Of a DNA stretch of 64,000 bases, positions 10,786-24,250 are shown piece after piece. Position 1 is the stretch's first letter; every line of letters starts with the position of its first letter. Below the pieces are notes generated by a model. That model searched no databases, had not been told where the DNA came from, and saw only the letters and a program-made list of their open reading frames with translations. The position numbers and the translations under genes were made by a program. The stretch comes from Toensbergia leucococca (Eukaryota): positions 1-64,000 of the forward strand of contig JALDZS010000106.1 of assembly GCA_022813965.1 (NCBI GenBank), read 5' to 3'.

Positions 10786-12054
10786 ATGACATCGACCGTT
10801 GTAGCTCAGGCCACCTCTTCAATCCTACTCAACGCTTCTAGTATCTCCATTCCAGAAAAACGTGGATGGGTAAGCCAACCAGATCAGCGAGGGACCATAG
10901 ATATCATCACAAGTTGTGTCTCGACGCTTTTCATATGCGTGTGGGTGATGCTTCATCTGAACTTACCTTCAAAATACGACAGCCAATGGACGCAGCTGTT
11001 ACGAAAAGCACGGTGGCTGATACTTGCCCTGCTGGCGCCGGAGCTCTTGATGTTGATCGCTTGCGGGCAGTGGGCCTCTGCCAAACGATCCGTTGCGGAC
11101 ATGGAGAGGTTGGGCTATAAGAAATGGTCCATTGTCCACGCATTCTATGCTGATAGCGGCGGATTTGTACTCCAGGCTCGGGATAGCACTCCATTTCCGA
11201 TTACGGCAAAGCAGGTCCATTATCTTGTTCAAGAGAATTATATGCAATTACCTTGTATAACCAGAGAAGAGATCTGGGACAAGAGTAAAGCCGATGGGAT
11301 GGCTAAAGTGATTGCGGCCCTGCAGCTCGGATGGTTTGTGACGCAAATCATTGCTCGTGGGATCCAGCATCTTCCCATTACCCTCCTCGAGTTGTCGACG
11401 ATCGCTCTTCTAACCTGCACTGGAGTCGCGTTTTTCTTCTGGTTTCATAAACCACTCAACGTTGAAACGCCAACAGTCCTTTCAGTGGAAGCCAGTATTG
11501 CGGAAATACTCGTCCGGGCAGGAGACATCGCTCGGGACCCATTTCGTGATACGCCAATGGACTTCGTTGAAGCAAAAGTGTACACCTCAAGCCAATTGCC
11601 CCTTCACCAGTATTGGGGGGTTCAGCAACGGCCGTTGCCACGATTCCCGAACGATCGCGACTCACGGCTTCACAACCTGCAGATAGTAATATTCGTGGCT
11701 ATTCCAACGGCTTCTTTCGCAGCTTTTCACTTGATAGCGTGGAATTTTGACTTCCCAAGTCAAATAGAGCAGCTACTGTGGCGTTGGAATTGTATGTCGA
11801 TGGGAATAGTGCTAGGAATTGGATGCACAGTGGAAGCAGGATCGATTATATGGGACAACTATACAACATCAGGACTCACGAACCTCAATGGATACAAACT
11901 TAGATGGCCAACGAACATCCTATTTTTCATCCCAGGTTTTCTTTATTTCTGTGCTCGCTTCATTGTTATCGTCCAGATTCTCTTGAGTCTGCGCTCTCTT
12001 CCAAGCGGCTGTTTCGAGAACGTGTCGTGGTCTAATTTCTTACCGCATTTCTGA
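10786..12054 (+). CDS. Fungal multi-pass membrane protein of unknown function
   Basis: 422-aa ORF with GWVSQPDQRGTIDIITSC...LHLNLP, HAFYADSGGF, EIWDKSKADGMAK and LPITLLELST motifs typical of a large uncharacterised fungal family. Confidence 0.85.
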   Translation: MTSTVVAQATSSILLNASSISIPEKRGWVSQPDQRGTIDIITSCVSTLFICVWVMLHLNLPSKYDSQWTQLLRKARWLILALLAPELLMLIACGQWASAKRSVADMERLGYKKWSIVHAFYADSGGFVLQARDSTPFPITAKQVHYLVQENYMQLPCITREEIWDKSKADGMAKVIAALQLGWFVTQIIARGIQHLPITLLELSTIALLTCTGVAFFFWFHKPLNVETPTVLSVEASIAEILVRAGDIARDPFRDTPMDFVEAKVYTSSQLPLHQYWGVQQRPLPRFPNDRDSRLHNLQIVIFVAIPTASFAAFHLIAWNFDFPSQIEQLLWRWNCMSMGIVLGIGCTVEAGSIIWDNYTTSGLTNLNGYKLRWPTNILFFIPGFLYFCARFIVIVQILLSLRSLPSGCFENVSWSNFLPHF

Positions 12055-12155
12055 CGCTTTCTATGCAATGACGTGTTACGAGAAAGAAATCTCAAACAGG
12101 TGTCATCCAAAATACTAGGATAATGGCAGACTGAGGGCTCTAGGATTGCTCCGGA

Positions 12156-13527
12156 TCAATATAGCGCGAATGGACATCCTCCCCTTTTCTGATCAATTAG
12201 TCTCGTTCTTGTTTCGTCCATTTCTAAGACGCCTTTGCCTTCCACAGCTTTAGGTCCAAGTTCTGTAAATTTGAAGCCTTGCGGAGCATACACATTTCCA
12301 TCGTCGCCAGGCAGCTTTCGACCCAGAAGGCGAGTGACCCACGCTCGTGGACCCCAACGTCGCTTGAACGATGGCTTCACATACCATGGATGAGATAAGT
12401 ACTCGACGGAGTTGTAGCGTCCAGTCTTGGGATCAGGCGCCGAAGGAATATAGTGCTTTCGCATAAACTCCGGCCGAGGAAGCGCAAAGTATCGAAGCAA
12501 TAACTTACGAGCGGTAAGGGCTGTATTTATTAGAGTACAATAAGGTAAAGACGGTTCGGGAAAACTACATCAATCAGATAAGCCTCGGTCCTGCAATATT
12601 GAGTAGCAATCAAACAGCGACTCACATCATTGCTCTCCTTAATCTTTCTCCTAAGAACACCGCAACAATCTTCTGACCTATAGTAATGAATCTACTTGGC
12701 AAGTTGAAGAACAGAATATCCATGTGAGAATCCGCTAGTTTTTGGTTGGTCGCAGCAGGGACCATATTTGCCTCTTCATATTTAAGACTCCACTCCTTGA
12801 TCTCCTCAAGCCAATGCAGCCCATCCCTCCATCCCGTTTTGCAGGACGGAAGCTCGTTATATGGTATCACCATTGCATCACCCATACTTTTCCAGAAAGT
12901 GCCACTTGCACAGAGCTCCATATCGGTCAAGGCGCGCCACTCATATTTATTAACCCATCTGGCTGGTTCTAGAGCAAAGAGACTCAAAGTGAAGAGAAGA
13001 TCGGAGCTCGTTATCTTGCCAGATTTCTCGTAGCGACTATGTAGATAATTCATGCGGGCTATTGCAGAAATGGTTCTTTCAGAAGTCGGTTTGTTTAGGG
13101 CGAATTCCAGCAGGAGCACACCGGTATCTGCAGTACGTTTTGATGCCGTGTGGGTACTCCCGAGCTGGCCTGTTGAAAGAAGGAGAGACGATATACTTGG
13201 TATACCGTAAGTCTGTTCAAGGCGATGTAGTTAGCTAGAACGCCTTCATGTTAACGGAGAGAAGTAAATAGGCAAGGGGAGGCGAGAACCTCCCTTGAAA
13301 AGAGCAAAGATGATAGAAAAGCCAAAGAATTTGGGAAATTCCAACTCCGTGAGATCCTTAAGGATTGCCTGCGCATCATTTGTTGTCATTCTAGAAAAGG
13401 ATTCTCTAGTTGTGAAATTAAAGATCCTCTGCATGCTCTTGGCCCTTCGATATCTTAATGAGCGCACGAGGGCCATGTAAACCAAGATGCCTATGATGAG
13501 CAAAAGGCTCCATTGCTCCCGTCTCAT
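12156..13527 (-). CDS. ER-bound oxygenase, mpaB/mpaB'-like (DUF2236/Lcp-like); 3 exons
   Basis: N-terminal TM, LEFPKFF...FALFK|TYGIPSISSLL, KRTADTGVLL, AIARMNYLHSRY, DLLFTLSLFALEP, YLSHPWYVKP, C-terminal GCPF; introns at ~13214-13294 and ~12567-12624. Confidence 0.85.
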
Positions 13528-13928
13528 GCTTTTTGTAGATTAGGTCGTTCCTGGTCATTGAATGGTCAAGGTGAGTACTCGGCGTTGAACCATGATTGTA
13601 CCGGTTGTCGACGTCGACCTATTCTATTTTTGGAGATGAACAAGGACCGAGGGATGGTTCGAGGGGGTGGCAATAATAGAATAGAGTTAGGTAAAGCCCG
13701 TTGCTGGGCGAACTTCTCGCTTCTCGAAAAGGGAAAGCGGAAAGCAAACATCAACACGGCGATTCCGAAACGCGACAAACATTTCGTCATTTGCCTATGC
13801 CTTCAAATGTAAATTTACAGGTACACAAACAAGACCAATATTTCGTCAGTGGCATCTACGACTCGATTACATATAATTGCCAGGTCGAGAGCTCTTGGGG
13901 TTGATATCCCCGAGACTCAAATAGACCC

Positions 13929-16900
13929 ATGGCCACCTCAGATGGTGCCTCTTCCATCAATGTCGCCATCAGAGTGCGCCCCTTCACCGTAAGCTGTCCT
14001 CCTCTGTGTATTACGTTTCACTATTAACCAACTACCTCAGGTAAGAGAGGCAGCTCAATTGACCCAGATCCCGGATGGCCCCCTCTTCTTGGGCGATGGC
14101 TCTCTCGCTGGCGTCCCCACTCCGAAGCTTATGCAAAAAGGAATTCGACCAGTCATCAAAGTGGTAGATGACAAGGTCCTGTAAGACCCTTTTCTATGAC
14201 AATGACTGCAACAGTCTGGCTGACTTGATTAGCGTTTTCGATCCCCCAGAAGATAATCCTGTTCAGCGCTTCTCCAAGTCCGTCATTCCCAACGGCAAGC
14301 GAGTCAAAGATCAAACCTTTTGCTTTGATAGGGTATTCGACGAAAACACAACCCAAGGAGATGTGTACGAAGCTACGACGAGAAGTTTGCTTGATAGTGT
14401 GCTGGATGGCTACAACGCAACTGTGTTTGCCTACGGCGCAACGGGGTGTGGAAAGACGCACACAATCACTGGGACGGTTCAACAGCCCGGCGTCATTTTT
14501 TTGACCATGCAAGAGCTGTTCGAGCGAATTTCGGAGCGTTCTGACGAAAAAGTTACCGAGGTTTCGTTATCGTATCTGGAAATATACAATGAAACCATTC
14601 GCGATTTATTGGTGCCAGGTGGAAGCAAGGCAGGCTTGATGTTGCGGGAAGATGCCAACCAAGCAGTTTCGGTAGCTGGTCTATCGAGTCACCATCCGCA
14701 AAACGTACAAGAAGTTATGGACATGATTGTGAGAGGGAACGAGTACCGGACTATGTCGCCAACCGAAGCTAATGCAACTTCGTCTCGATCCCATGCTGTC
14801 TTGCAAGTCAATGTGTCCCAAAAGGACCGGAATGCAGATGTTAACGAGCCGCACACCATGGCAACACTGAGCATCATTGATCTTGCAGGTAGTGAACGAG
14901 CAAGCGCAACTAAAAACCGAGGCGAGAGGTTAACAGAGGGCGCCAATATTAACAAATCTTTGCTCGCTTTGGGAAGCTGTATAAATGCTCTCTGTGACCC
15001 AAGGAAAACCACCCACGTACCGTACCGGAACTCGAAGTTAACGCGACTGCTCAAATTTTCCCTTGGTGGTAATTGCAAGACAGTGATGATTGTTTGCGTG
15101 AGTCCTTCGAGTCAGCACTTTGACGAGACTCAAAACACTTTACGGTATGCAAATCGAGCAAAGAACATCCAAACAAAGGTCACGAGAAATGTATACAACG
15201 TGAATCGGCATGTCAAGGATTTCCTCGTGAAAATTGACGAGCAGATAGCCATGATCAACGAATTGAAACAACAGCAGAAAGATTCCGAAGGAGCAGCTTT
15301 TGTGAAGTTTCGCAAACAGAGCGACAAGCGGGAGGCAATTGCGAGAGAAGGGGTTGCAAGAATCCGCAATGCATACAACCACTCGGAAACGGAACGCTTG
15401 GAGAAGACAGCTAGCATGAAAAAGATGCGACAAATTGAGAGGCGGATATCGATGATTTCCTCTTGGATTGCGGCTTTCGATCACGTGTGCGACACTGAAG
15501 AGGATGAGGGTACATTTCGAAACCTGGCCGCAATGCGTAAGACGGCACAAGGAATTTTGGTAGAATTAGAAGGCAGTAGACATCATTACCACCAGAGGTT
15601 GGCTAAAAGTAGTTGGGAACGTGCCATAGACTCGGCTTTACAAAGCGGAATCCGACAACTCAAAGAGGCCGACGGGGGAGCAGATGGTCTCGAAGCCGCT
15701 AATTTAGCAAGAGAGGTGGAAATGTTGAAAGCAAATGCGGACCGAGAAGCCTTGATTGCTACAGCAGAACAGGACAAAAGCGACGCAGACACGGTGCAAG
15801 TCTTACTCCAAACACATTTCGAGACCATGGCAGCTGTTCGCAATCTCCTGAGCATGAGCGAAGATGAAGCTGTTGAGGCTGCAAATAGCATCCTCAGCAA
15901 GATACTGAATGCTTGTACCAGTGCGACATCTCATGTCATCAAGTCTGATGGCAGTCTGATACCGCCCGAAGTTTTCGCACCGAGGCGAGCAGGTACTCCA
16001 AAGCGAAAGAAGCAATCTGTGTTTCTTGGGGTATCGCCTTTGAAATCCGCAACAGCAGCAGTGCTTGCACAAGCTCCACATTTGAACGGGTCTCCTGCAC
16101 GGGCTTCACCGAAGCGAAGAAAGGTCGGCGTAACAAAGAAGGGAGTCTCGTTTACTCCGAAAAAGTCGCCCGCGAAAGGACTGAAGAGAGGTGTACGTTG
16201 GCGGGATGATACTGAAGAGGGTACCCTAGCTGAATTCGAGAAAACTCCGCAAAGGCTAGATACGCCGTCTGAGATACCAGTTCTCCAAGAAGAAAACTCA
16301 GTCCTGGCCGTTGAATCTACATATTTACCACCACCCCATAGTGCGCTTCCCGACTCGGATGATTCTTCTCCGATCCCAGCACCACCGCTTCCTTTGCACG
16401 AGATCAAACCAAGACACAACCGATTCAAGACAGGTTTTCTAGCTAAGAAAACTGATGGTTCGCCGCTGCCACCAATGCTAACAAACTTCTCCTCGGATAC
16501 CGATCAGTCGCCATTGCGAGATCTCGAACCGAGCAAAGCTAGCAATCGCTCATCGCTACAATCGGTTCAGAATGTCTCTAGGGATGTGACACCGAATGAT
16601 AGTGGAAATAATTCGGGATCAGACTTGGAGGATCGATGGAAAGCTGACAAGAACGAGGCAACGAAGATCAAGTCTGCGATAAAGCGTGCTTCATCGGTAG
16701 CACCAACGTCAAATAACGGTGCGAATCGAACACAACGAAGACGAAGCCCTACAGGATTTGCGTCCGGTAGTCCGCCTAATGAGAATGCTTTATTTACTGC
16801 ATCTCATGCGCGTAGGATGGTCAAAAGCGACAAAGAGAATGAGTGGAAAAGTAATATTCTCAGCCCTCGTTCAGCACCAATTGTCAAAAGCGGCAATCAG

Positions 16901-17044
16901 CGAAGAATAACTTTAGGCGATGGGAGACCGAAGGAGACTGGAATGGTGGGCAGAGAAGCAATGCGACTCAGCACCGCGGTGATGGGCAGTGGAGGAAACT
17001 CTAGGGGCAGCCTGATGATTGGAGGGAAAGGAGCATGGAGATGA
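13929..17044 (+). CDS. kipB: Kinesin-8 family motor protein (Kip3/KipB/Klp5-6)
   Basis: P-loop GATGCGKT, switch motifs NATSSRSH and DLAGSE, HVPYRNSKLTRLL; N-terminal exons SINVAIRVRPF from ATG 13929 with two short introns. Confidence 0.95.
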
Positions 17045-17555
17045 GGAATCATTAACGACTTCATTCTGCCCTGCATTATTTTAGCCTGTTGCATTTCATC
17101 TGCGGCCTTGCTCAACGGATTAATCAGCTTCTCAGGCGTTGGCGTCGTCGTGCCAGAGAGTTTGACGATACGACTGCGGAGTACAATTGGATTTTGAGGG
17201 ATCCGGCAGCTGGAGTTGATGAGCTGCTTTGGATGTGTATTAAAGCAGTGATTTGATTAGCCTACATTTATTACTTTGTGGTGTCTGCAAATGATTCCAG
17301 ATCAATCCAAGTTACCGAGTGCTTTTCCATCATTTGATCGAGCTCCGTCAACAACAAATCTCATAATTTGTCAAAGCCCTAATGACGTAAAGCACTGATG
17401 AGCATACATTTGATTGCCACCCTTCACCTCGTCTCAAATATATTAAGACCACAACAATCTATCGATCCAATCCTCACGACACTCTAAATAAGCCAACCAT
17501 CAATCTGAAGCTCCTCTTCTCAACTACCCTATCAATCACTCTCCTCATTCTCTTA

Positions 17556-18311
17556 ATGGCTACCACAATGCCCAGCTTCCTCACCCGTCTCTTCCGCCCC
17601 TTCACTCAATCAACCCGCATGTCTCTGAATCCCGACACCGCCGCTCAAAACTTCCCTCCGAATGCGCAGAAATGCACCGTCGCAGCCGGTTGCTTCTGGG
17701 GCGTCGAACACCTCTTCCGCAAGCAATTCGACGGGAAAGGACTATTGGATGCTAGGGTTGGATATATCGGCGGAGACTCGAATAATCCGAGCTACCGCGC
17801 AGTATGCTCCGGGAGGACCGGCCGTATGTCATTCCAAGAACGAAGGTTTGAACGATTGGGGATTGATTACTAACACGTCGAGCAGACGCCGAATCCCTAC
17901 AAATGACCTTCGACCCATCCACACTCTCCTACACTAATCTCCTCGAATTCTTCTACAAAATGCATGACCCCACCACCAAAGACCGCCAGGGTGGCGACGC
18001 CGGCACTCAGTATCGTAGTGCAGTCTTCTACCATGACGAAGAGCAAGCCAAGACTGCGCGGGAAGTCACTGAGAAGGTCCAGAAGCAGTGGTGGCGGAAT
18101 GGGAAGGTCACGACTGAGATTTTGGAGGCGGGTAAGTGGTGGGACGCGGAGGATTATCATCAGGAATATTTGGATAAGAATCCGGGAGGTTACGAGTGTC
18201 CTGCTCAGTGAGTCGCCTTTCTTTCAAAATGTCTATCTTTGAATGCTTTTGTGGGGTAGAGGCTAATTCTGTGCTAGTTATATTAGATCGTTTCCGGACT
18301 TGAAAGAATGA
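17556..18311 (+). CDS. msrA: Peptide methionine sulfoxide reductase MsrA; 3 exons
   Basis: GCFWGVE active-site motif, HDPTT..RQG.D.GTQYRS, AEDYHQEYL; last exon reconstructs as ECPAHYIRSFPDLKE*; N-terminus resembles a mitochondrial presequence. Confidence 0.95.
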
Positions 18312-21300
18312 GAGAGCGGAGCGAAGGTTGAGATGCAGCAAAATTGGTGTCTTTCCAGGAGTACTTGAGATGTTAACCGTTAATGAATTAACATGAGGTT
18401 ATATAGATCGAACTCCCCAGATAAGTTGATCATGCCGTGGATCGAGTACACTCACGGCCGCAACGACTCTCGGACAGCTTAGCAATGCATCTCCCCCTTT
18501 ATGACTTTCAAGATCTCCGAAGTTAGAAACTGCAAATTGCCAGAATTGCCCAAAACAGAAGATACATATAAATCATACAAAGCACCCCCTTTCCCTACGT
18601 CTCCCTATAGTCATTCTCCTCATTTGCCATCTCTAATTCCCAAATCCAGTCTCTGCAGACAACTGATTCCTTGGGATCTATGATGAATCAGAGGCAATGT
18701 GAAGCTGTCAAGGCATATATTGTTTACATGTTCTATCAAGGAAGAACGTCGATGAATTAGAATGCTAATTAATCGGGATCTTGGGGTATAAGTATCTTTT
18801 GATTTCTCTCTCGAATTCTTGACTTTGGTGAGTTGATTTGAGCAGTCGGTCTTATACTTGGGCTTCTTTTGCTTCTGCTTTTGCTTTTGCGTCTGCTTCT
18901 ATTTCTTATCCATATCGACTATAATATATATAACGGAGCTTATGCTCTCTCCTTTGGTAGAGACGTGGCAACCGAACTCTACATTTTGAAGACCCTCACT
19001 GCCCATCTTTCATCGAAAACTTTCTTTATCTGCTGAAGCTTGTTCCCTACCTTTCCTCTCGATACGACTTGATACGTTCGCGTGCAACTTCATTCATAGA
19101 CAGTAAGGTAAGTGAAACAAATACTTAAAGCCTCCAAGCAGTGCTGATGCGATTAGATGGCGTTTCTGTTAGGTTCTTCTATGGTGAAGTGCATCATCTT
19201 ATGGAATTCCAAACAAAAGACGATCCTTTGAAGCAGCCGTACAGGCGTAGCTCTCAGCAAGGCATTTCAATCAGCGCCCAAATTATCAATTGGGCGTGTC
19301 AAGCTCGTCATCTTCTTCTAGCTCCATACGTGCCTTAGGGTTTACCTCTGCTCCGAAGCAAAATTTCGATATTCCGATAGCGGCCAAGTATTGCTGCCCT
19401 TGAATTCATCGGTTTTAATGCAACTGACACGCTCGGATGATACCTGGAGCTGAGAATACTCAACGACACAATTAGGATGATGAACAAAATCTTGATTGTT
19501 TTTTATAACCAGGTATACCACAAAAGTCACACATCATGGCAACTACTTCGAGTTATAAGGTACGGCCGCCCGAAAAGAAAATTGAAGCCGAGTCTCAGAT
19601 ATCTCTTGAGAAAGCGAAATGATGGTCTCCTGCCGTCTTGTCTCTCATGTCACTAGGCACCATGGGTAAGCCTGCGAAAACTTTTTGAGAGGGAGACTCC
19701 TTCATTCAAGACTCCAACAACGCCTCTCAGTGGCTGTGGCAGGGGACGCGTCTGTAAGACTTCTACAACCTTGCCTGAGGAGAATTGTCTTCGTGTCCCT
19801 TCCGTGAGCGTCTCTCTGACGCGCACTGTGCGGAGCGGAAAGGGCCACCTAAGTAGAGGCTCATCTGAAATTTCCGATGAACCACCTTCTAGCGGGTATA
19901 TTTAGCGCGCCAGAGCTCAAAAGAGCCTCACCGGACTGAACTCTACGCTTTCTCGCCACGTCAAGGAGTTCAGAGATCCGGGGACCCTTGCGATCAATGT
20001 TGATGACGATCAACCATCTGGATCCGCGGTGGGTACTCATCACCCGGCTTCTCACCCGGAGGGTCTCCCTAAGCCTCCCCCCGAAGCCCGTCCATGAAAG
20101 GCTTGTAAAGAGCCCGCTGAGACGGTGATGCATGGATTATTATAAAAATTCTTAAACGCCTTGTGTCATCATGTCAACCATTCAAATCAAAAGCCGGGGT
20201 ATTTCTGATGATGATCACGTCAAGTACAGCATAATGGTAGCCTTCAACCCTCCTTAAGATTGATACACCGAAGCAGATAGTAGAGGATGAAGTCCGCTGC
20301 GTCAAGCTGGAGGAAGAATTCGACTATCCAGCGACCTTGGAGCACTTTAGCAATAGTTCCTCGATGGTGCGATTTGAACAGAAAGCCATGACAAGCAAAG
20401 AGGGCAAGGCGCCTTGGTTCCAAAAACGCTGTGCTAACGTGTCACAGCCAGCTTTCCACTAAACACTTCAATTTCTGACTGAGATCATGTGCTCGAAATC
20501 TCAACACACGAATACGCCTCCCGTCATCAGATTTTTCATACCAGTAGCGCGCACAACATGCATCTCATTTTCAACCCGATCGCCCAGCGCTGCAAATACT
20601 TTTTTCAGTTGTAATCATATTACTCATAATTTCATGCCATGCCAGAAGGACGGCAATAGGGGAATAATCTCAAAGAGAGAGTCAATGAACATGAGCTACC
20701 CTTTCGTTTCATTCTTGAGTCTCAATTCAATTCTTGAGGAGCAACCGATCACATCTGTCTAGAATCAAGTTAGCCTGACAGGAATTGAAATAAGAGAAAG
20801 ATCAAAAAGACATCGAAGCATGGGTTTTGGAGGACAGAAGCGCGAAGCTGGTAGGTACCCTAGAGGGAGCTCACCTTTCAAGAGTGACGCTTCATCACGC
20901 CTATCAAAGTGATATTAGACGATATCGCGAGTTCACTCGGGCGTAAAGCGAAACTCCCTGAGATCTCAAGCCTTGCCACACCCGCCTCATTCTGAGCCCG
21001 ATGAAGAACAGGGGGCAATGGTGCTTCGGTGTGGGTGGCAGGAGTCTTTACTGGCCATGGAAGGAAGTGGTGGTGGTGGTATGGAGGAGTCGGGGTTGGG
21101 AGGAGCCGAGACGGACTTTATTTCGATTCTCGCCAATGACGAGGCCGATCTCTTCCAATCCTCGCACGTACTCGGCGCAACTCAAACAAGAAAAGAGAGA
21201 AAGTCCTGCGACGGTTGCAGAGATGCAGCGTCGCCAAGCCGAGGAAATAAGGCAGCAGTTGGCCTCAATGCCACAAGCACTGAGACAAGAAGCCTCGGAA

Positions 21301-22749
21301 GAGCTAACGAGAGTCTAGACAGAAGCTGATAATTATGCTCGAGAGCTGGGTTATCAACAAGAATGCCATGAGTTCGGAGACTGACCGATGGCTCTACTCG
21401 CTGCTGCGATTTTCCCCTCAATTCAAAATCCCATCGGGACGGCCAGAATTGCTTCTCGTCACATACAAAGGTTCAAAATAGAACTGAGATTGCAAGTCAT
21501 CAGTCCCTGTTAAATTTCTCGCAAAGGTGAGCACCTCACTGTTGCTTGTACATACAAAGTCAATGTACAGCTGTACATCAGATTATCATTGAGCTAACGT
21601 AATTGCAGTATCTGAGACTATCTCATGAACTGAAGTGCGCTACGATGCACCTCAATATGCTGCCTAGGGGCAAAAAGTTCTGACCAACGGGGCGATCCTG
21701 AGAGCCTAGAAGAGAGTCATTATATCCATCATACCAATCCATTGTGTTGCCTTTACAACCCACTTCCGTCACCATAACCTTACCAACCCCGCCATACCTT
21801 GGGCATCTTGCCCTGCTTCCCACCGGCCTTCACGAAACTATATGACTTTTGGGTCTACGTTTATGCCGTGATAGGATCCGATGCGAGAAATCTTGCAAAA
21901 CTAGGAAAAGAATTCCCAGCCGACTTTACCTCTCATCGAGAGGTAAAGACAACACGAAGTCAATGTGGCCGACCGGCTAAGATATACAACGAAACGACAA
22001 AGAAATGGCATTACGCGCCTTCTACTTGATGCCTTTACTACTTCTGAGCCGGCAATAATTCAGACTATGAAAGAGATCCGTGATCAATGTCTTGAATGAG
22101 GATTTTGAAAGAAAGCTGAGGCTTGCGTACGGTACTGATTTTGAGCTTCCTGACATCATGCACTTCAGAACTACATCTATCACTTGAAGTAAGAAGATCA
22201 GTTTCAATGATCCGTGAATTAATATTCTTCTAAGTCTTTGCTACTATCTAATACATGTAGGATGTCTGAGTGTCATCTTATCTTCACCTGCGGTGATTTT
22301 GTGCAGTATCATAAATCCTCTATCAGCAGACTTGAGCACATCTTTGTTCATGAGATTATGAGACAGAATTGACTGCTTGCTGTCATTTCCCTTGTATGCC
22401 GCTTTCAGAGAAGGATTTTGAGCTAAGACTTACCGAGAAGAACGTACCTGGCGCGATTGGTCTATCTTCTATGTGGGACGAATTTGCAGATGACTACTTC
22501 CGAAGTATAGCCAACAATGCCCAGGAATGGGTAATCGACGCAATCCTCGTCGTGCTATTTGCTGGTTGGCTTTGCTTTGCTGGTATGGCTAGCTTTGGCG
22601 CATCCTATATTACTCTCATCACAATCATCATTCTGATAGACGTCCTCCTGACAAAGAAGTCAGGTAGGTAGAAATTATCCTTGGCCCGAGGGTGGGAGTG
22701 AGGATCGATGAGTTGTGGATTGAGGATATCCACACGTGTTCATAAAGCC

Positions 22750-24250
22750 TGAGTCACAATCAATGCTCTCAAGGTTCTGATTAACTCAGGGTAGAGATCA
22801 GTTTGTTGAATCTAAACACTTACTGATCGCAAAGAAAAATTCCGACAAGCCGGCATCCGCATTGGCGATCAGACGGTATTCAAGGTCATTCACCAATTCA
22901 GCACTAAAAATAAAAAACTCAACAAAAATTTGAAGACGGACACAGAGCACTCTGATAAAGAACAGATGAATTCCAAGACTGTCCCGGAGGGCCATGGAAG
23001 AGGAAAACCCAGCGTAACACATCAGCTCACCCTGACAGCTAATGGCACCAAAAAGTCACATTCACCAACATTTCAGCACCAACCCTTCAAACGTCACATC
23101 TATGTCACACCTCAGCATATCACAGACCGCCACGTCAAATTATGAAAACACAGACTTCAAAATATACACCACCCCATCCTCAAACCCCGGGAGATACCTT
23201 TCCTTGAAGCCTCTAACAAAACCAAGATCCTATAAGCCAGCAAGGATGTCATATCCTCAACTCTGATGTAGTTGACTATTAAAGGGATGGGCGAGATGTT
23301 GACTTGTTCTAGTCCACAGGTGACCGCACTGTTTCAGCTTCACCGCGGCAGAATTCTTCACCGCTCAGCTCACATTCACACCATTCAGTGGTCATATTCA
23401 AGCTTCACTGCAGCAGAATGTTACATGACTCAGCGCAAACCCCTGCTGCTCAACAGCTGTTCATTTTAGGTGGGCTTGTTCTGACATTCACATGATTTCT
23501 TCAGGTGAGCTAGCAGCTAATCCGTTTGTGCCTTTAGTGCCTGTGTTAGATCAGCTTCACTCAGGTAGCCTTTGTTCATTTGTTGCCATTCATGGTCAAG
23601 CGTGGTATACCCATCAGGGCTAAGAAAACCTTAGTCACTCAGCATGAGAAGGAACCGAAGAAGGCCGTCAAGAACGTAAAGACCGCGGACACAACTCAGC
23701 ATCTTAAATTGAAAGCCCTAAAGAGAAATTTGAGAGGGGTTCACATGTGCAACATCAACTTTGAAAACTCTCAGACTCTATTGACAGCATACTTGAAATT
23801 AATGAACATCAAGGAGCTGCGGGACACAATCTTTGAGTCAGGTGCACTGACATACTAAATACTAAAACAATGACATGATCTTCAGCAATCAGGGTTTCAG
23901 ATCCTCAACCTGACAAAGAAAATCAATAAAATTGTCAGAACTCTCTGACATAGCATTGAGAAGCCTCTGACAGCATTCATGACTGCCATCAATGAAAAGC
24001 ACCTGAAGTTGTCACTGAGTGTTGAATTTAGCAATAGTCTCATATGAGATGAGCTGTCCTGACTCATCATCACAAATCAATTGACTCACACCGTGCCGCA
24101 CTGCTTTGCTAATCTGAATGAAGCCGGGGGCCACCAGCTTCTACTTGCTCATATTATGAAAATAACCTTGAAAGCTTTGATGACTCCAAGTCTAGTCTGC
24201 TTCTCTAATCATTCTCAAGTCCTCTCCAAAAACTCCAACGACGTCTAAGT
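22750..24250. repeat. Probable decayed, mutated repeat or transposon relic (CpG-depleted, TGA/TCA-rich)
   Basis: I count one CpG in 23761-24060, with abundant TGA/TCA and only short broken ORFs; boundaries approximate. Confidence 0.45.

Noticed and set aside
9074..13527. Secondary-metabolite gene cluster around the mpaB-like gene
   Set aside because: No PKS, NRPS, terpene synthase or prenyltransferase in the window
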